DNA of 64,000 nt from Promethearchaeota archaeon (GCA_048938105.1 JBHLMN010000010.1:64001-128000); one strand, 5' to 3'. Shown: positions 37,408 to 47,364, counted from the stretch's first letter. The notes: generated by a model from the letters alone, not told the origin. Made by a program: numbers and translations.

Positions 37408-38460
37408 TTAAACCAGCTGTAAATCTACATTTACTTGAACTCGAGAGGGGGAGACCTCTCTGCCTACTTTAATATATAGTTCTTTATAAGAATTAATGTT
37501 TCCTAGCTTTCTGGAGATCATATTATGAATCTGTACTTTAGGTTTCTCAAATTTTGAAATAAATTGGTAAAAAGTAATTATTCCTCCTTTTTTCAGTAAT
37601 TTTGCGGCATAAGGAAGATAATTCACTGACTCGTATGGGAGATTTATTATTATTCGATCAAAATAACCTTGAAATCTCAAAATATTTCGAGAATCCCCTA
37701 TAATAGGATGAATATTTCCTTGAAGCTTATTTCTCTTAACACTTCTTTTTAATGCATGTATTGCAGAAGGATTGATATCGATCGCGACTATTCTACATTG
37801 AGATTCTTTTGCACAATGCAAAGCAAACGATCCAACACCTGTAAACATATCTAGAATGATTTCACCAGGGTTTACAGACATAGCAACACGATGATGCTCT
37901 TCAGCCAATCGTGGGTTGAAATACGCTCGTTCAAGATCAACAAATATAAATACACCATATTCTTGATGCCAACTTTGCCAGATCTTTTTTCCTGCAAGAT
38001 ATTCTACAGGATATAGTCTTTTAGCTCCCTTAATAATGTCCCTTTTATTCAATACAGCTTTGAGGCGAGAAAATCGAGATAATATTAATTCACCCACTCG
38101 TTGACGAAATGAAAGTGTAGTTAAGGATGGATCAAGCTTCAAAACTGCGATCTCTCCTAATTGGTCGAACTTCAAAGAGATTCCATCCCAATTCAAATTT
38201 GGATATTCTTTTTGAAGACTTTCAACGATCGACTCTTGTTCTGAACGGCTTGGAAATTCCCATTTTTGAAATTTGTAAGAAATATCACCTAATATTTTAG
38301 GGATTTGTGTGGGATCATTGATAGGGAAAAATACACAATCCTGCGACTTAATTGGTTTCTTATTAGAAATAATAAGATTTGATTTAACCAAACGGAGACG
38401 TACTGCTTCAGCATCTTTGAGGGGAACACCAACTCCAAATGTTGATTGCTGACTTGCTAT
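37408..38460 (-). CDS. trm5: tRNA m1G37 methyltransferase Trm5/Taw22 family (reading frame open upstream of the track's TTG 38391)
   Basis: FDQLGEIAV, YFNPRL..EH.RV, DMFTGVGSF, DINP, DRIIINLP. Confidence 0.85.
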   Translation of the reverse strand: MASQQSTFGVGVPLKDAEAVRLRLVKSNLIISNKKPIKSQDCVFFPINDPTQIPKILGDISYKFQKWEFPSRSEQESIVESLQKEYPNLNWDGISLKFDQLGEIAVLKLDPSLTTLSFRQRVGELILSRFSRLKAVLNKRDIIKGAKRLYPVEYLAGKKIWQSWHQEYGVFIFVDLERAYFNPRLAEEHHRVAMSVNPGEIILDMFTGVGSFALHCAKESQCRIVAIDINPSAIHALKRSVKRNKLQGNIHPIIGDSRNILRFQGYFDRIIINLPYESVNYLPYAAKLLKKGGIITFYQFISKFEKPKVQIHNMISRKLGNINSYKELYIKVGREVSPSRVQVNVDLQLV

Positions 38461-38591
38461 TGGCCCGACTCTCCGGATTTATTTACTTGTTTGGAATAAA
38501 CCTACATTTATCTTACTCTTGATCTGATAACCCCAAATAATTTCTTATCTTGAAAGAAAGAAGAGAGAAATACTTAAGAAACGGGCATTAA

Positions 38592-38695
38592 CGGGCGCAG
38601 AGGGACTTGAACCCCCGACCAACGGGTATCTTCAGATTAAATAAGCATAATAACCTTTAAGAGCCCGCCGCTCTACCTTGCTGAGCTATGCGCCC
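38592..38695 (-). tRNA. tRNA-Lys(CTT) with a 30-nt canonical 37/38 intron (38628-38657)
   Basis: Reverse complement GGGCGCATAGCTCAGCAAGGTAGAGCGGCGGGCTCTTA[AAGGTTATTATGCTTATTTAATCTGAAGAT]ACCCGTTGGTCGGGGGTTCAAGTCCCTCTGCGCCCG. Confidence 0.93.
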
Positions 38696-38824
38696 TTTAT
38701 GATGTCATTTTCTTTTTTCAACAGGAGTTATAAAAATAATGGGGTTTATAATTTTATGTGATTTCGCCTTTCTAGAATAAATAAGCGTTTCCATGCTGTA
38801 TTTATGTATAAAAGGTTCTAACAA

Positions 38825-39601
38825 GTGATTACCCTAAAACAAATGAAACATAAATTCATGAGTATAGGGACTATTCGGATGAGTGTCATGGTAGAAAGTG
38901 AGAAAAAAGGTAGTATTGAGATTACTGATTATTTAAATCTATTAATTGCAATAGGTAAGATGGGAGGCACTCGTCGTCCTGTGTTTAGTACAACAAGTGA
39001 ACTAGGGAAAAAAGTAGGAATTTCCCAGCAAAGTGCCTCACGAAAACTAACAAAAATGGAAAATGAACATCTTATTGTTCGTAATTATAAACAGCGAGGA
39101 AATACAATTAAGATCACCCCCAAAGGTATAAAATCACTTGAACGGGTGTTTACAGATCTATGGATGATATTGACTGCTGAGGGACGAGAACTAGCAGAAA
39201 AAATTACAGTAAAAGGAACAGTATGTACAGGAATGGGGGAAGGGGCGTATTACATGAGACAAGGAGGATATAAAAACCAGTTTACTTCACTTCTTGGTTT
39301 TGAACCTTTCATGGGTACTTTGAACTTACAACTACTAGAGGAATCTAGTTTAAGGAACTTTGAGCGTATATTACGGAGCCCATCTCAGTTTATAAAGGAA
39401 TTTACAAAAGATGGACGAAGATTTGGTAAAGTCTTTGTATGGCCAACTTACCTGTTAATAAAAAACCATAAAATACCCTCTGCTTTAATTCATCCTGATC
39501 GAACTCACCATAGCAATCAAATAGAATTAATTGCAGAAGAGAATATTAAAAAAACCTACGGAGTAAAAGATGGGGATGTCCTAGAAATTATCCTGCAATA
39601 A
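38825..39601 (+). CDS. ribK: CTP-dependent riboflavin kinase with N-terminal wHTH (RbkR-type); true start probably downstream
   Basis: SQQSASRKL HTH; G.V.TGMGEGAYY, LGFEPFMGTLN, PDRTHH, ELIA. Confidence 0.92.
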   Translation: MITLKQMKHKFMSIGTIRMSVMVESEKKGSIEITDYLNLLIAIGKMGGTRRPVFSTTSELGKKVGISQQSASRKLTKMENEHLIVRNYKQRGNTIKITPKGIKSLERVFTDLWMILTAEGRELAEKITVKGTVCTGMGEGAYYMRQGGYKNQFTSLLGFEPFMGTLNLQLLEESSLRNFERILRSPSQFIKEFTKDGRRFGKVFVWPTYLLIKNHKIPSALIHPDRTHHSNQIELIAEENIKKTYGVKDGDVLEIILQ

Positions 39602-39628
39602 TTTAAAGAGAGAAAATTCGAGAGTATC

Positions 39629-40300
39629 TTATTCGAAAGAATGTTTATCTAAATTCTTGAATTTCAAAGAGGATTTTTCTTTTGGAATTCTAGCTTTTAA
39701 TTTAACTATCTCGATATTTTGGAGATTGTTGTCACTTAAAAGTTTGGACAACCTAGCTTCTGAAAGAGATTGATCGTAACCCAATGCAATTACATCTGGT
39801 TTGATTTTAATGACTATATCTAGAAACTTTTGGGGATTAGATGTCCCCTTCTCAACAATATCAACAATATCAATATGTTTCAGTAATTCTACACGACTAG
39901 ATTGAGAATTGAGCGGGGGACGCCCTTTATTCGCTTTAACAGTTTCATCAGAAGCTACAACTACAAATAACACATCACCTAGACTTCTTGCTTCTTTCAG
40001 TGTCTTCAAATGGCCTAGATGCACAATATCAAAGACTCCACCCGTTAACACTATCTTTAAGTTGTTAATTCCACCTATTGTAATTTTATAATCTTCAGGA
40101 GGGTCTGAGACTGACTCTACCATGTGAAGGCTTTTCAATACGGATAGAAGCGTCTTTCCTTCATCTTCTGTTCGTCTCAGACTGCTGGAAAAGTCAAAAA
40201 CACTAAAACTCTCCTTCTCACATGTTAACAAGTAAGCTGTCTTTAAAAATTCTTTTAAAAGATCCTGAAACACCTCATTAGATTTTGATTCACTTTTCAT
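39629..40300 (-). CDS. ribL: FAD synthetase (cytidylyltransferase family) with N-terminal extension
   Basis: TGGVFDIVHLGH, VVVASD, KPDVIALGYDQ; convergent with ribK. Confidence 0.85.
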   Translation of the reverse strand: MKSESKSNEVFQDLLKEFLKTAYLLTCEKESFSVFDFSSSLRRTEDEGKTLLSVLKSLHMVESVSDPPEDYKITIGGINNLKIVLTGGVFDIVHLGHLKTLKEARSLGDVLFVVVASDETVKANKGRPPLNSQSSRVELLKHIDIVDIVEKGTSNPQKFLDIVIKIKPDVIALGYDQSLSEARLSKLLSDNNLQNIEIVKLKARIPKEKSSLKFKNLDKHSFE

Positions 40301-40388
40301 CTTGAATAACCAGCAATCGACTGAGTTTTTGAATCTTGTTAAATTTTATCAGTCATAATTTTATTTGCCATATTTTTATCAGTAGGAG

Positions 40389-41201
40389 CTATTCATCTTC
40401 ACCTTGATTCGACAATGGGCCTTTCCATAAAGTATTCACAGTTTCTTCTTCAGCAAAATGCAGTGATTCAGCGCATACTATCAGAGCTTGAGGAGGCCCA
40501 ATTCGTCTCCAATCTAATGTCGCCACTTCATCAGCAGCACCCGCTGAAACAACTTCTTTTTCAGTTCCAATGCGAGCCAAACCAATCACTAGGTCAGTCT
40601 TTGTGAAAATTGCTTCTTTTCTTTTATCCTCTAATTTTAATAGAATAAAAATTGCTTCATTCACTGTGAGGAATTCTCCAGTGCTTAGGTCAATATCTAG
40701 AAGAACTAGGGTATGAGCTCCAATCTGTTTATTTAGATTGATTACTTCATAAGGAAATTCACTTGGATTATGAGGAAAAGGACAAGTTACAGTCCGACCA
40801 AAACGATACGCGGACAAGCCAGAAACAGATGCTGCAGCTGTTATTATAGAAGAATTGTGGATAATCCGACATTTAAAACCTCGTTGGATTGCAGCTATTC
40901 TGAGAGAGTTATGGGTTGTTGCAATAAATGGATCTCCTGGTATTAAAATGGCTATTGATTTCCCTTCAATTCTTTTTAGAAATAACTGGTCATCATCTTC
41001 TAAATCTCTTCGGCTAAGAATTGTCATTTTTGACTTGATTTGTTCTAAGAGAGGGGGGATTTCTTCAGGGATGAAATTAGTATAATTTTCAATAAACACC
41101 TCATCAATTCTTTTTAAAACATCAAGAGTTTCTAGAGTACAACTCTTGAGTCCTGATAATCCCATACCAATGAAAAAGAGCACTGTTTCAGCTTTACGCA
41201 C
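40389..41201 (-). CDS. dph5: Diphthine synthase
   Basis: FIGMGL, ENYT, GDPFIATTH, IHNSSI, GLSAYRFGRT, HTLVLLD, PPQALI, LH..E. Confidence 0.93.
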   Translation of the reverse strand: MRKAETVLFFIGMGLSGLKSCTLETLDVLKRIDEVFIENYTNFIPEEIPPLLEQIKSKMTILSRRDLEDDDQLFLKRIEGKSIAILIPGDPFIATTHNSLRIAAIQRGFKCRIIHNSSIITAAASVSGLSAYRFGRTVTCPFPHNPSEFPYEVINLNKQIGAHTLVLLDIDLSTGEFLTVNEAIFILLKLEDKRKEAIFTKTDLVIGLARIGTEKEVVSAGAADEVATLDWRRIGPPQALIVCAESLHFAEEETVNTLWKGPLSNQGEDE

Positions 41202-41284
41202 TTTTTGTCATCTGTTAAGAAATGTGAATCCATACTGCTATACATTTAGGAATTATTTAACCTTTTTCTGGAAGATAACCATCC

Positions 41285-41782
41285 CTAGAGATTTCCTTCC
41301 CAAATAGAATCACCAAGGTAGTGAATATTATGGATGACCTTTCCTTTTAAGCTAAGTAACTCTGTAGAAGATTTTAAACTCTTTCCAAGTGCCAATACTG
41401 CATCTTGAGGATTAGAAACCACAACAATACTATTGGTTTTGAATTCTTGATTAACAAATGTAATTCCTTGAGCAAAAACGTCTGCACCGTTTAAGATATG
41501 TTGAACTGCTCCCTGATCAACCTTGACTATAGGAAAACCTATATGTGGGTTCTTTCGTATAAACTGTATAGTTGGTAAATACCTATTCTCAAAAAGAAAA
41601 AAACAAACATCGTAGTTTTGATTAAAAAGCAAGCTAGTTAACTTTTCATCATCTTCATAGAGAAATTGTGTGTTTTCTTTCAAGACATCGACTAAGATAT
41701 TTGGTGCGAAAATCGATTTTATAATCTTTTTTCGTAATTTTGATCCAATTTCCTTTTTGATAGGCATGAAATCCCTATCCAA
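41285..41782 (-). CDS. PUA-domain RNA-binding protein (Tma20/MCTS1-like)
   Basis: PTI...VKVDQGAVQHILNGADVFAQGI...KGKVIHNIHYLGD.IW. Confidence 0.85.
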   Translation of the reverse strand: MDRDFMPIKKEIGSKLRKKIIKSIFAPNILVDVLKENTQFLYEDDEKLTSLLFNQNYDVCFFLFENRYLPTIQFIRKNPHIGFPIVKVDQGAVQHILNGADVFAQGITFVNQEFKTNSIVVVSNPQDAVLALGKSLKSSTELLSLKGKVIHNIHYLGDSIWEGNL

Positions 41783-41792
41783 ACGATATCTT

Positions 41793-43727
41793 CTAGTTGA
41801 AACGTATCGTTTCTAAGTTTGATGGTACATCAACTTTGACATGATATCGTTTTGATAAAGCCTGTGCCAATGATTGAGACTTATTTCGTTGACCATGTAT
41901 TAGGACGACCCTTTCAGGCTTAGGGCTTAATTCTCGGAAAAAATTTATCATCTCACCTCTATCAGAATGACCACTAAACCCGTCAATTTGATGGATTTCC
42001 ATTTTAACGGGAAGCATTTTCATCCTACCATCTTCGATACTACGAATTTCTTTTACCCCAGAGGCTATTCGTCTTCCCAAGGTTCCTTCAGCTTGGAATG
42101 ATACAAACACAATGGAATTATGTGGATCAGTAGCCAACTCTTTAAAATACTCTACAGAATTACCTCCTGTTAACATACCAGAAGTAGCTAAAATAACAAC
42201 TGGTTTCCCGTTTACAATCGATTGTCTCTCACTTTGGTTGTCTACCCGGTGAAAAATTTCACTTAAGAAAGGATTGTGCCCTTCATTGAAGATTTGATCT
42301 TGCAAGTATGATGACAAATATTCTGGGTGACAAGAATGGATTGCCGTTGCTTCAGCTATTAAACCATCCAGGTATATAGGAACATCAACTAACTGATGCT
42401 TTCGATAATAATTTGCTAAAACTACCATTAATTCTTGTGGTCGTCCTATAGCTAGGCTAGGGATCAGAATCTTTCCTCCTCGTTTTACTGTTTGATTAAT
42501 GATTTTGACTAGCTGAATTTCAGCATCACCACGTTTAGGCATATTATCCCTAGGCCCAGCATAAGTAGATTCCATGACAATGGCCTCTAAACGGGGGAAC
42601 TTCGTGTTAGCACGATCTAATAACCGAGACCTTTTACCCTTGAAATCGTTGGCAATAGCGATATTATAGCGCCCATCTCCAACGTGCATATGCATAATTG
42701 AGGATCCAAGTATATGTCCCGCAGGGGTCATAGTTAAGCGAATATCATTACTCAAATCAGTCACCTCCCCATAACGACGTGTGATCGTGTGTAAAATCAT
42801 CCTCTTAATGTCTCTTTGACTGTAAGGAACAAGACGTGACTCTCTCCCCGCCACCTCAATATAATCTTTCTGAAGAAGGGTCATAAGAGATAATGTAGCA
42901 TCATTGGCGTAAACAGGCCCTCTATAGCCCCATTTGAACAAATAGGGTAAGACTCCGCAGTGATCTAGATGAGCATGAGTAATCAATACTGCATCTATAT
43001 CGGCTATATCAAATTCAGGAACATTAAAATACGGAAACATCTGGTTTGGTTCTCGTGATCCCACATTTATGCCACAATCAATTAGAATTTTCGTTTCAGC
43101 TGTTTCCAAAAGCATACAGGACCTTCCAACTTCAGAGAAACCACCTAATCCTGTTAATCTAATGTACTCATCCTCAATAACTTTTGGGCGATGTATTCGC
43201 TTACCAATATTTAGTAATGCTTGTTTGCGTATTTCAGATTTATCAGTAAGCGTTTTTCTAATAGAATTGATTAATTGTGATTGAATTGGAGGAGATCTTA
43301 CGACTCTGGGCCTCCACATGGAATCTCGTGCTATTTCTCGTAGTGTAGTCCCACTCCGTCCGATAACGGCTCCCGGTTTTTTTGCTTCGATAATCACTTC
43401 ACCTAGCTCATCATCGAAGATTACATTAGTTATTTCCGCGTTTTCTGGCACAATTTCCATTATCCGTGCTTTAGCCTCATCCTTAGCCCTACGTACCGAC
43501 ACATCTGACCTGATTACGATTCTTTTTCGCAATGATTTTGCTAAACTCTTGACAATGTCCCCATTTTCCATGAGTACTGTAGGATTCAAAGAATAAATAA
43601 CCACAAATGGCCCTTCAAACACTACCTTGGACACTTGAGCGTCGGGTGGTAATTCGCTTATGAGGTCTGCTTTTAATTGTTCAATAGCTAATTCACGACT
43701 GAACTGTTTTTCCTTTTCTTTTACCAT
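41793..43727 (-). CDS. fttA: aCPSF1 KH-domain beta-CASP ribonuclease / transcription termination factor
   Basis: FEGP, KPGAVIGRSG KH motif, GGFSEVGRS, THAHLDH, AGHILGS, MESTY, GFSGHSD. Confidence 0.96.
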   Translation of the reverse strand: MVKEKEKQFSRELAIEQLKADLISELPPDAQVSKVVFEGPFVVIYSLNPTVLMENGDIVKSLAKSLRKRIVIRSDVSVRRAKDEAKARIMEIVPENAEITNVIFDDELGEVIIEAKKPGAVIGRSGTTLREIARDSMWRPRVVRSPPIQSQLINSIRKTLTDKSEIRKQALLNIGKRIHRPKVIEDEYIRLTGLGGFSEVGRSCMLLETAETKILIDCGINVGSREPNQMFPYFNVPEFDIADIDAVLITHAHLDHCGVLPYLFKWGYRGPVYANDATLSLMTLLQKDYIEVAGRESRLVPYSQRDIKRMILHTITRRYGEVTDLSNDIRLTMTPAGHILGSSIMHMHVGDGRYNIAIANDFKGKRSRLLDRANTKFPRLEAIVMESTYAGPRDNMPKRGDAEIQLVKIINQTVKRGGKILIPSLAIGRPQELMVVLANYYRKHQLVDVPIYLDGLIAEATAIHSCHPEYLSSYLQDQIFNEGHNPFLSEIFHRVDNQSERQSIVNGKPVVILATSGMLTGGNSVEYFKELATDPHNSIVFVSFQAEGTLGRRIASGVKEIRSIEDGRMKMLPVKMEIHQIDGFSGHSDRGEMINFFRELSPKPERVVLIHGQRNKSQSLAQALSKRYHVKVDVPSNLETIRFN

Positions 43728-44092
43728 TAATTTATACCTCGATGATAAGTAACCTATTTTTTGGAGAATAGTGAACCCCTATGTGAAAACAGCGGAATTT
43801 ATAGAGTACAACTAATAAGTTGTCTTGAATAGATGTCAATATACCCGTTTATAAATATAATATTGATCTTTTTTCATAATTAGGATATATTCATCTTATT
43901 TTTGCTTTTTAATTGGATTTTTATTAATAAAGGTGTGGAGAGTTGAGTAGATACTTTCATTCTACTCTCACATAAGGGAGTTTTCATATTTCTTTTTACA
44001 GTTTGAAATTAGATACTATAATAATGTAATTTTGTGTAGAGAACATAAATCGGAAGTTTGTTGGGATGTAACGGAAAATATCATAAGAATTA

Positions 44093-45319
44093 GTGCTATT
44101 TAACTTAACTAAATCGAAAGAAGAACTTTTTCTTAGTAAAATTCCCTTGTACACTCCTACACACACAGAGTTTATAAATATTGTGCCAATGTTCCCAAAT
44201 GGGACTGGGTACAAGGACAGCATTGAAATGCCAGGATCAGAAATACTTGAATCGGTAGTACCAAGAACAATTGTAATTGGGAAGTCAACCATTCAGCGTA
44301 TTCCCGATATTATCCAATCACTTGGATTAAAACAGAAAATAATGATTCTTACAGGCCCCCATACTCGGTATGTCGTTGGGGAAGAAATTTATGATGAGGT
44401 AACCAATCAAGGAATGGAAAGTGAGGTCATCATCGTTGAGAACGCAACTGTTGAGGCCGCAAATACATATGCTGATCTTGTGAAACAATATAAACCTAAT
44501 GTTCTAATTTGTGCTGGGGGAGGGAAAAACATTGATGTTGGAAAATATTGTCTCAATAATATTTCTAATAATGTAGAAATGATTTCTGTCCCGACCTCAA
44601 CCTCCCATGATGGTCTTGCTTCTCCTTTCATCTTTTTGAACAATCCTACTGAAACTTTTATTGGTGAATGTCGACCTCCTATTGCTGTGATAGCGGATGT
44701 CGAGAAAATATTAGGTCATCCTGATTTAGTCCGCTATATTGCCGCAGGAGTCGGTGATACAGTTGGGAAAATCACCGCTATCTGGGATTGGAGACATGCT
44801 TGGCGTATAAAATCAGAAAAGTTTTCACGGTTTGTGGGGGGTGTTTTAGAAAATGCGGATACTCTTTTTCAAAGTCAAGTCTCCGAAGCTCTTGTCGACC
44901 CTGAACATGCTATTCAGGTAGTATTAAAAGCCCTTTTAATTGCTGGAGTGTTAATGGGGACATCAAACAACGTTCGAGTTGGTTATGGCTCAGAGCATAT
45001 GTTTTCCGCAGCTTTAGCAGCTCAAACTCCAAATGCTGATATCCTTCATGGAGAACGAATCGCGTTAGGTGCAATCATGATGGCCAAATTACAAGGCCAG
45101 AATCATGAAAAGATAGTGAATATTCTGAAAAATGTTGGTTGTCCAACAAATATTGAAGACTTAAAAGATGATATTCCTCCTGAAGCTATTGTTACAGCAC
45201 TTCACACAGCACATGAAACTAACTCAATGTACACAGTTCTTGGACAATCGGGATTAACGAAAACCGCAGCTTTGAACATTGCTCAAACAACAGGAGTGCT
45301 AAACAAGCTTCATAAGTAA
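44093..45319 (+). CDS. egsA: sn-glycerol-1-phosphate dehydrogenase-like (start probably ATG 44228)
   Basis: GGGKNIDVGK, PTSTSHDGLASP, GVGD..GKITAIWDW, GSEH.FS, LHGE. Confidence 0.82.
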   Translation: MLFNLTKSKEELFLSKIPLYTPTHTEFINIVPMFPNGTGYKDSIEMPGSEILESVVPRTIVIGKSTIQRIPDIIQSLGLKQKIMILTGPHTRYVVGEEIYDEVTNQGMESEVIIVENATVEAANTYADLVKQYKPNVLICAGGGKNIDVGKYCLNNISNNVEMISVPTSTSHDGLASPFIFLNNPTETFIGECRPPIAVIADVEKILGHPDLVRYIAAGVGDTVGKITAIWDWRHAWRIKSEKFSRFVGGVLENADTLFQSQVSEALVDPEHAIQVVLKALLIAGVLMGTSNNVRVGYGSEHMFSAALAAQTPNADILHGERIALGAIMMAKLQGQNHEKIVNILKNVGCPTNIEDLKDDIPPEAIVTALHTAHETNSMYTVLGQSGLTKTAALNIAQTTGVLNKLHK

Positions 45320-45406
45320 CATTTAAAATTGATATTTGAGTAGTCTTTTCTAGTTCCTTTTCTAAATATCAAAAATAAATTCTTCACAAAAAGGATAAGA
45401 ACAAAC

Positions 45407-46144
45407 ATGGAATCCTCCTCTGAAAGCCCTGTAATTGGTATTATTACTAGCAGCTTTACAGATGCAGGTCCACAAGTGATTTTTAACTCCACAAAAGACC
45501 ATATAACGGAAGATCAAGCTCTTAACCTTTCAATTCGGATTATGACAGTCATCGGGGAGGAAATCAGTAAGGATTTATATGGTCCTCTCCCTGTCCCTTC
45601 GAATGATGAACTTTTGTGCCTAGCTTATGTGTTTCGGGTAGAATCGACGTTCACTACAGACCCTAGACTGAAAGAACGACCAACAGTGATCAGTATAATA
45701 TTTAAAAGGTCCTTAAAAAGAGAAATGTCTCGTGCACAAGGGATTATTTTATCCTATCTTTCCCAAATGACATCTAAGGATTTTAAAGACGAGAATGACC
45801 TTAAACCAGTAAAAATGGAAGAAATTCATAACCGTCTTTCTGCATTAATTGCCACAAACCCAGTTCGTATCTATATGGTACAAGATGATCGCATTCAGGA
45901 ACACACAGGAACCCTTGATATGCCCACAGACGCATATGTTATTGCTGATATGCAGACAAATATCTTTTACATTATTTTCGAACCTTACATCTCACCATTA
46001 AGAAAACGGCAGGTTGTAATCCTTGTTGACTCTCTTAATGAAAAAACTTACCGGAGACGATTCAATAAACAGATAGTTGACTCTGAAGAAGAAGCTACTC
46101 GTCTTTTAAACTTCTATGGTTTGAAACACAGAAAGCAGCATTAA
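45407..46144 (+). CDS. Hypothetical protein; putative uDENN/longin-like N-domain plus gelsolin-like C-domain
   Basis: N-terminal IITSSFTDAGPQVIF (F...GP hairpin); C-terminal RIYMV...DAYVIAD...IFYIIF...S..RKR pattern. Confidence 0.5.
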   Translation: MESSSESPVIGIITSSFTDAGPQVIFNSTKDHITEDQALNLSIRIMTVIGEEISKDLYGPLPVPSNDELLCLAYVFRVESTFTTDPRLKERPTVISIIFKRSLKREMSRAQGIILSYLSQMTSKDFKDENDLKPVKMEEIHNRLSALIATNPVRIYMVQDDRIQEHTGTLDMPTDAYVIADMQTNIFYIIFEPYISPLRKRQVVILVDSLNEKTYRRRFNKQIVDSEEEATRLLNFYGLKHRKQH

Positions 46145-46158
46145 TAAAGGGAGAGTAG

Positions 46159-46557
46159 TTGATTTTGAAGCTTGAAAGTGCTTATGGAATCGAACTAGAG
46201 AGTCTTAAAGACCTAGTTCGTCTTGTCTCGAGTTCGAGTCCAGATCGTCCCTCCACTATTTTTAAGTGGGACTCGGATAAAAATTCAGATGTATATTATG
46301 GATCTTTTGCAATATTTCCTGGATACTACGAATTTAAAGCCTTACCTGTTCTTTTCTTCGTTGTTCATAAATCCTCGATTGAAGAACAGAACCAATCCTT
46401 GGTACGTTACGATTTACAGGCCAAAAAAGATCAGATCTCATTTTTAAGTCACATAGAAGAGAGAGATCTGGAAAATGTTCACACAGGTTTAGTCCGTTTT
46501 ATCCCTATTGTAAAACTAAAAAAAGCACCAAAGATCTTTTCTGATATGACATTTTAA
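46159..46557 (+). CDS. Conserved archaeal hypothetical protein (resembles TACK 'cren protein')
   Basis: GIELESLKDLVRL, YYG, GYYEF..LPVLFF; GGGAGAG upstream. Confidence 0.55.
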   Translation: MILKLESAYGIELESLKDLVRLVSSSSPDRPSTIFKWDSDKNSDVYYGSFAIFPGYYEFKALPVLFFVVHKSSIEEQNQSLVRYDLQAKKDQISFLSHIEERDLENVHTGLVRFIPIVKLKKAPKIFSDMTF

Positions 46558-46569
46558 GAAGGTCTTTCT

Positions 46570-47364
46570 GTGCTCAAAGAAGGGGACACTGTACGTATAG
46601 TTGAAATTTCTCAGAGACAATCAAAAGCTTGGATAATATCTCTGGTGCAAGATGCAGAACTCTCGACTCACATTGGTAATATCTTTCATAATGACTGTTT
46701 AGGTAAAAACTTTGGGGACATTCTTTCTCTTACCAAAGGAAAAGTAATTATCTCGAGACCCACTCCTCGAGATTACTTACGTTACTTTCGCTTAAAAACC
46801 CAAATTCTTTATGAAGATGATTGTGCTATTGCTTGTAGTCTTGCAGGGGTTGGTTCGGGTATGAATGTTGGGGAAGCAGGGACTGGTTCAGGAGCATTAA
46901 CGGTATTTCTTGCTCATAATGTCCAACCCACTGGACATGTCTTCTCCTATGATATAAATGCCGATTATCTTGCTAATGCTCGGGAAAATTTGGCAAAAAC
47001 CGATTTATCTGATTATATAACGTTTAAACTCCAAGATATTCGTTCACCACTAGAAGAAGGTCAATTAGACGCCTTTTTTTTGGATTTTTCTTCCCCTTAT
47101 GAAGCCATTGATAATATTGCTCCTGTTTTAAATGGTGGTGGACACTTAATCTGCTTTGTTCCTAACTGGGGGCAAGTGGAACAAACGGTTGCTCAAATTA
47201 GGCAATCCCCATATTTTGTTCACCAAGAAACTTTTGAGATAACACGACGGAATTTCATAGTTAATCCAGATAAACATGTAATGAGGCCTGTCTTCCGTGA
47301 TCTGGTTTATTCGGGGATACTTATCCATGCTATTCGTGTAAACCCTAATAAACGAGATGATTAG
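46570..47364 (+). CDS. trmI: tRNA (adenine-N1) methyltransferase
   Basis: TH.G...H, KTQILYEDD, EAGTGSGALT, FLD...P, F.P...QV. Confidence 0.92.
   Translation: MLKEGDTVRIVEISQRQSKAWIISLVQDAELSTHIGNIFHNDCLGKNFGDILSLTKGKVIISRPTPRDYLRYFRLKTQILYEDDCAIACSLAGVGSGMNVGEAGTGSGALTVFLAHNVQPTGHVFSYDINADYLANARENLAKTDLSDYITFKLQDIRSPLEEGQLDAFFLDFSSPYEAIDNIAPVLNGGGHLICFVPNWGQVEQTVAQIRQSPYFVHQETFEITRRNFIVNPDKHVMRPVFRDLVYSGILIHAIRVNPNKRDD

Noticed and set aside
38581-38598. ACGGGC repeated next to the tRNA-Lys 3' end as a possible att site
   Set aside because: Only 6 bp, with no integrase or foreign-looking genes nearby; the flanks are housekeeping genes.
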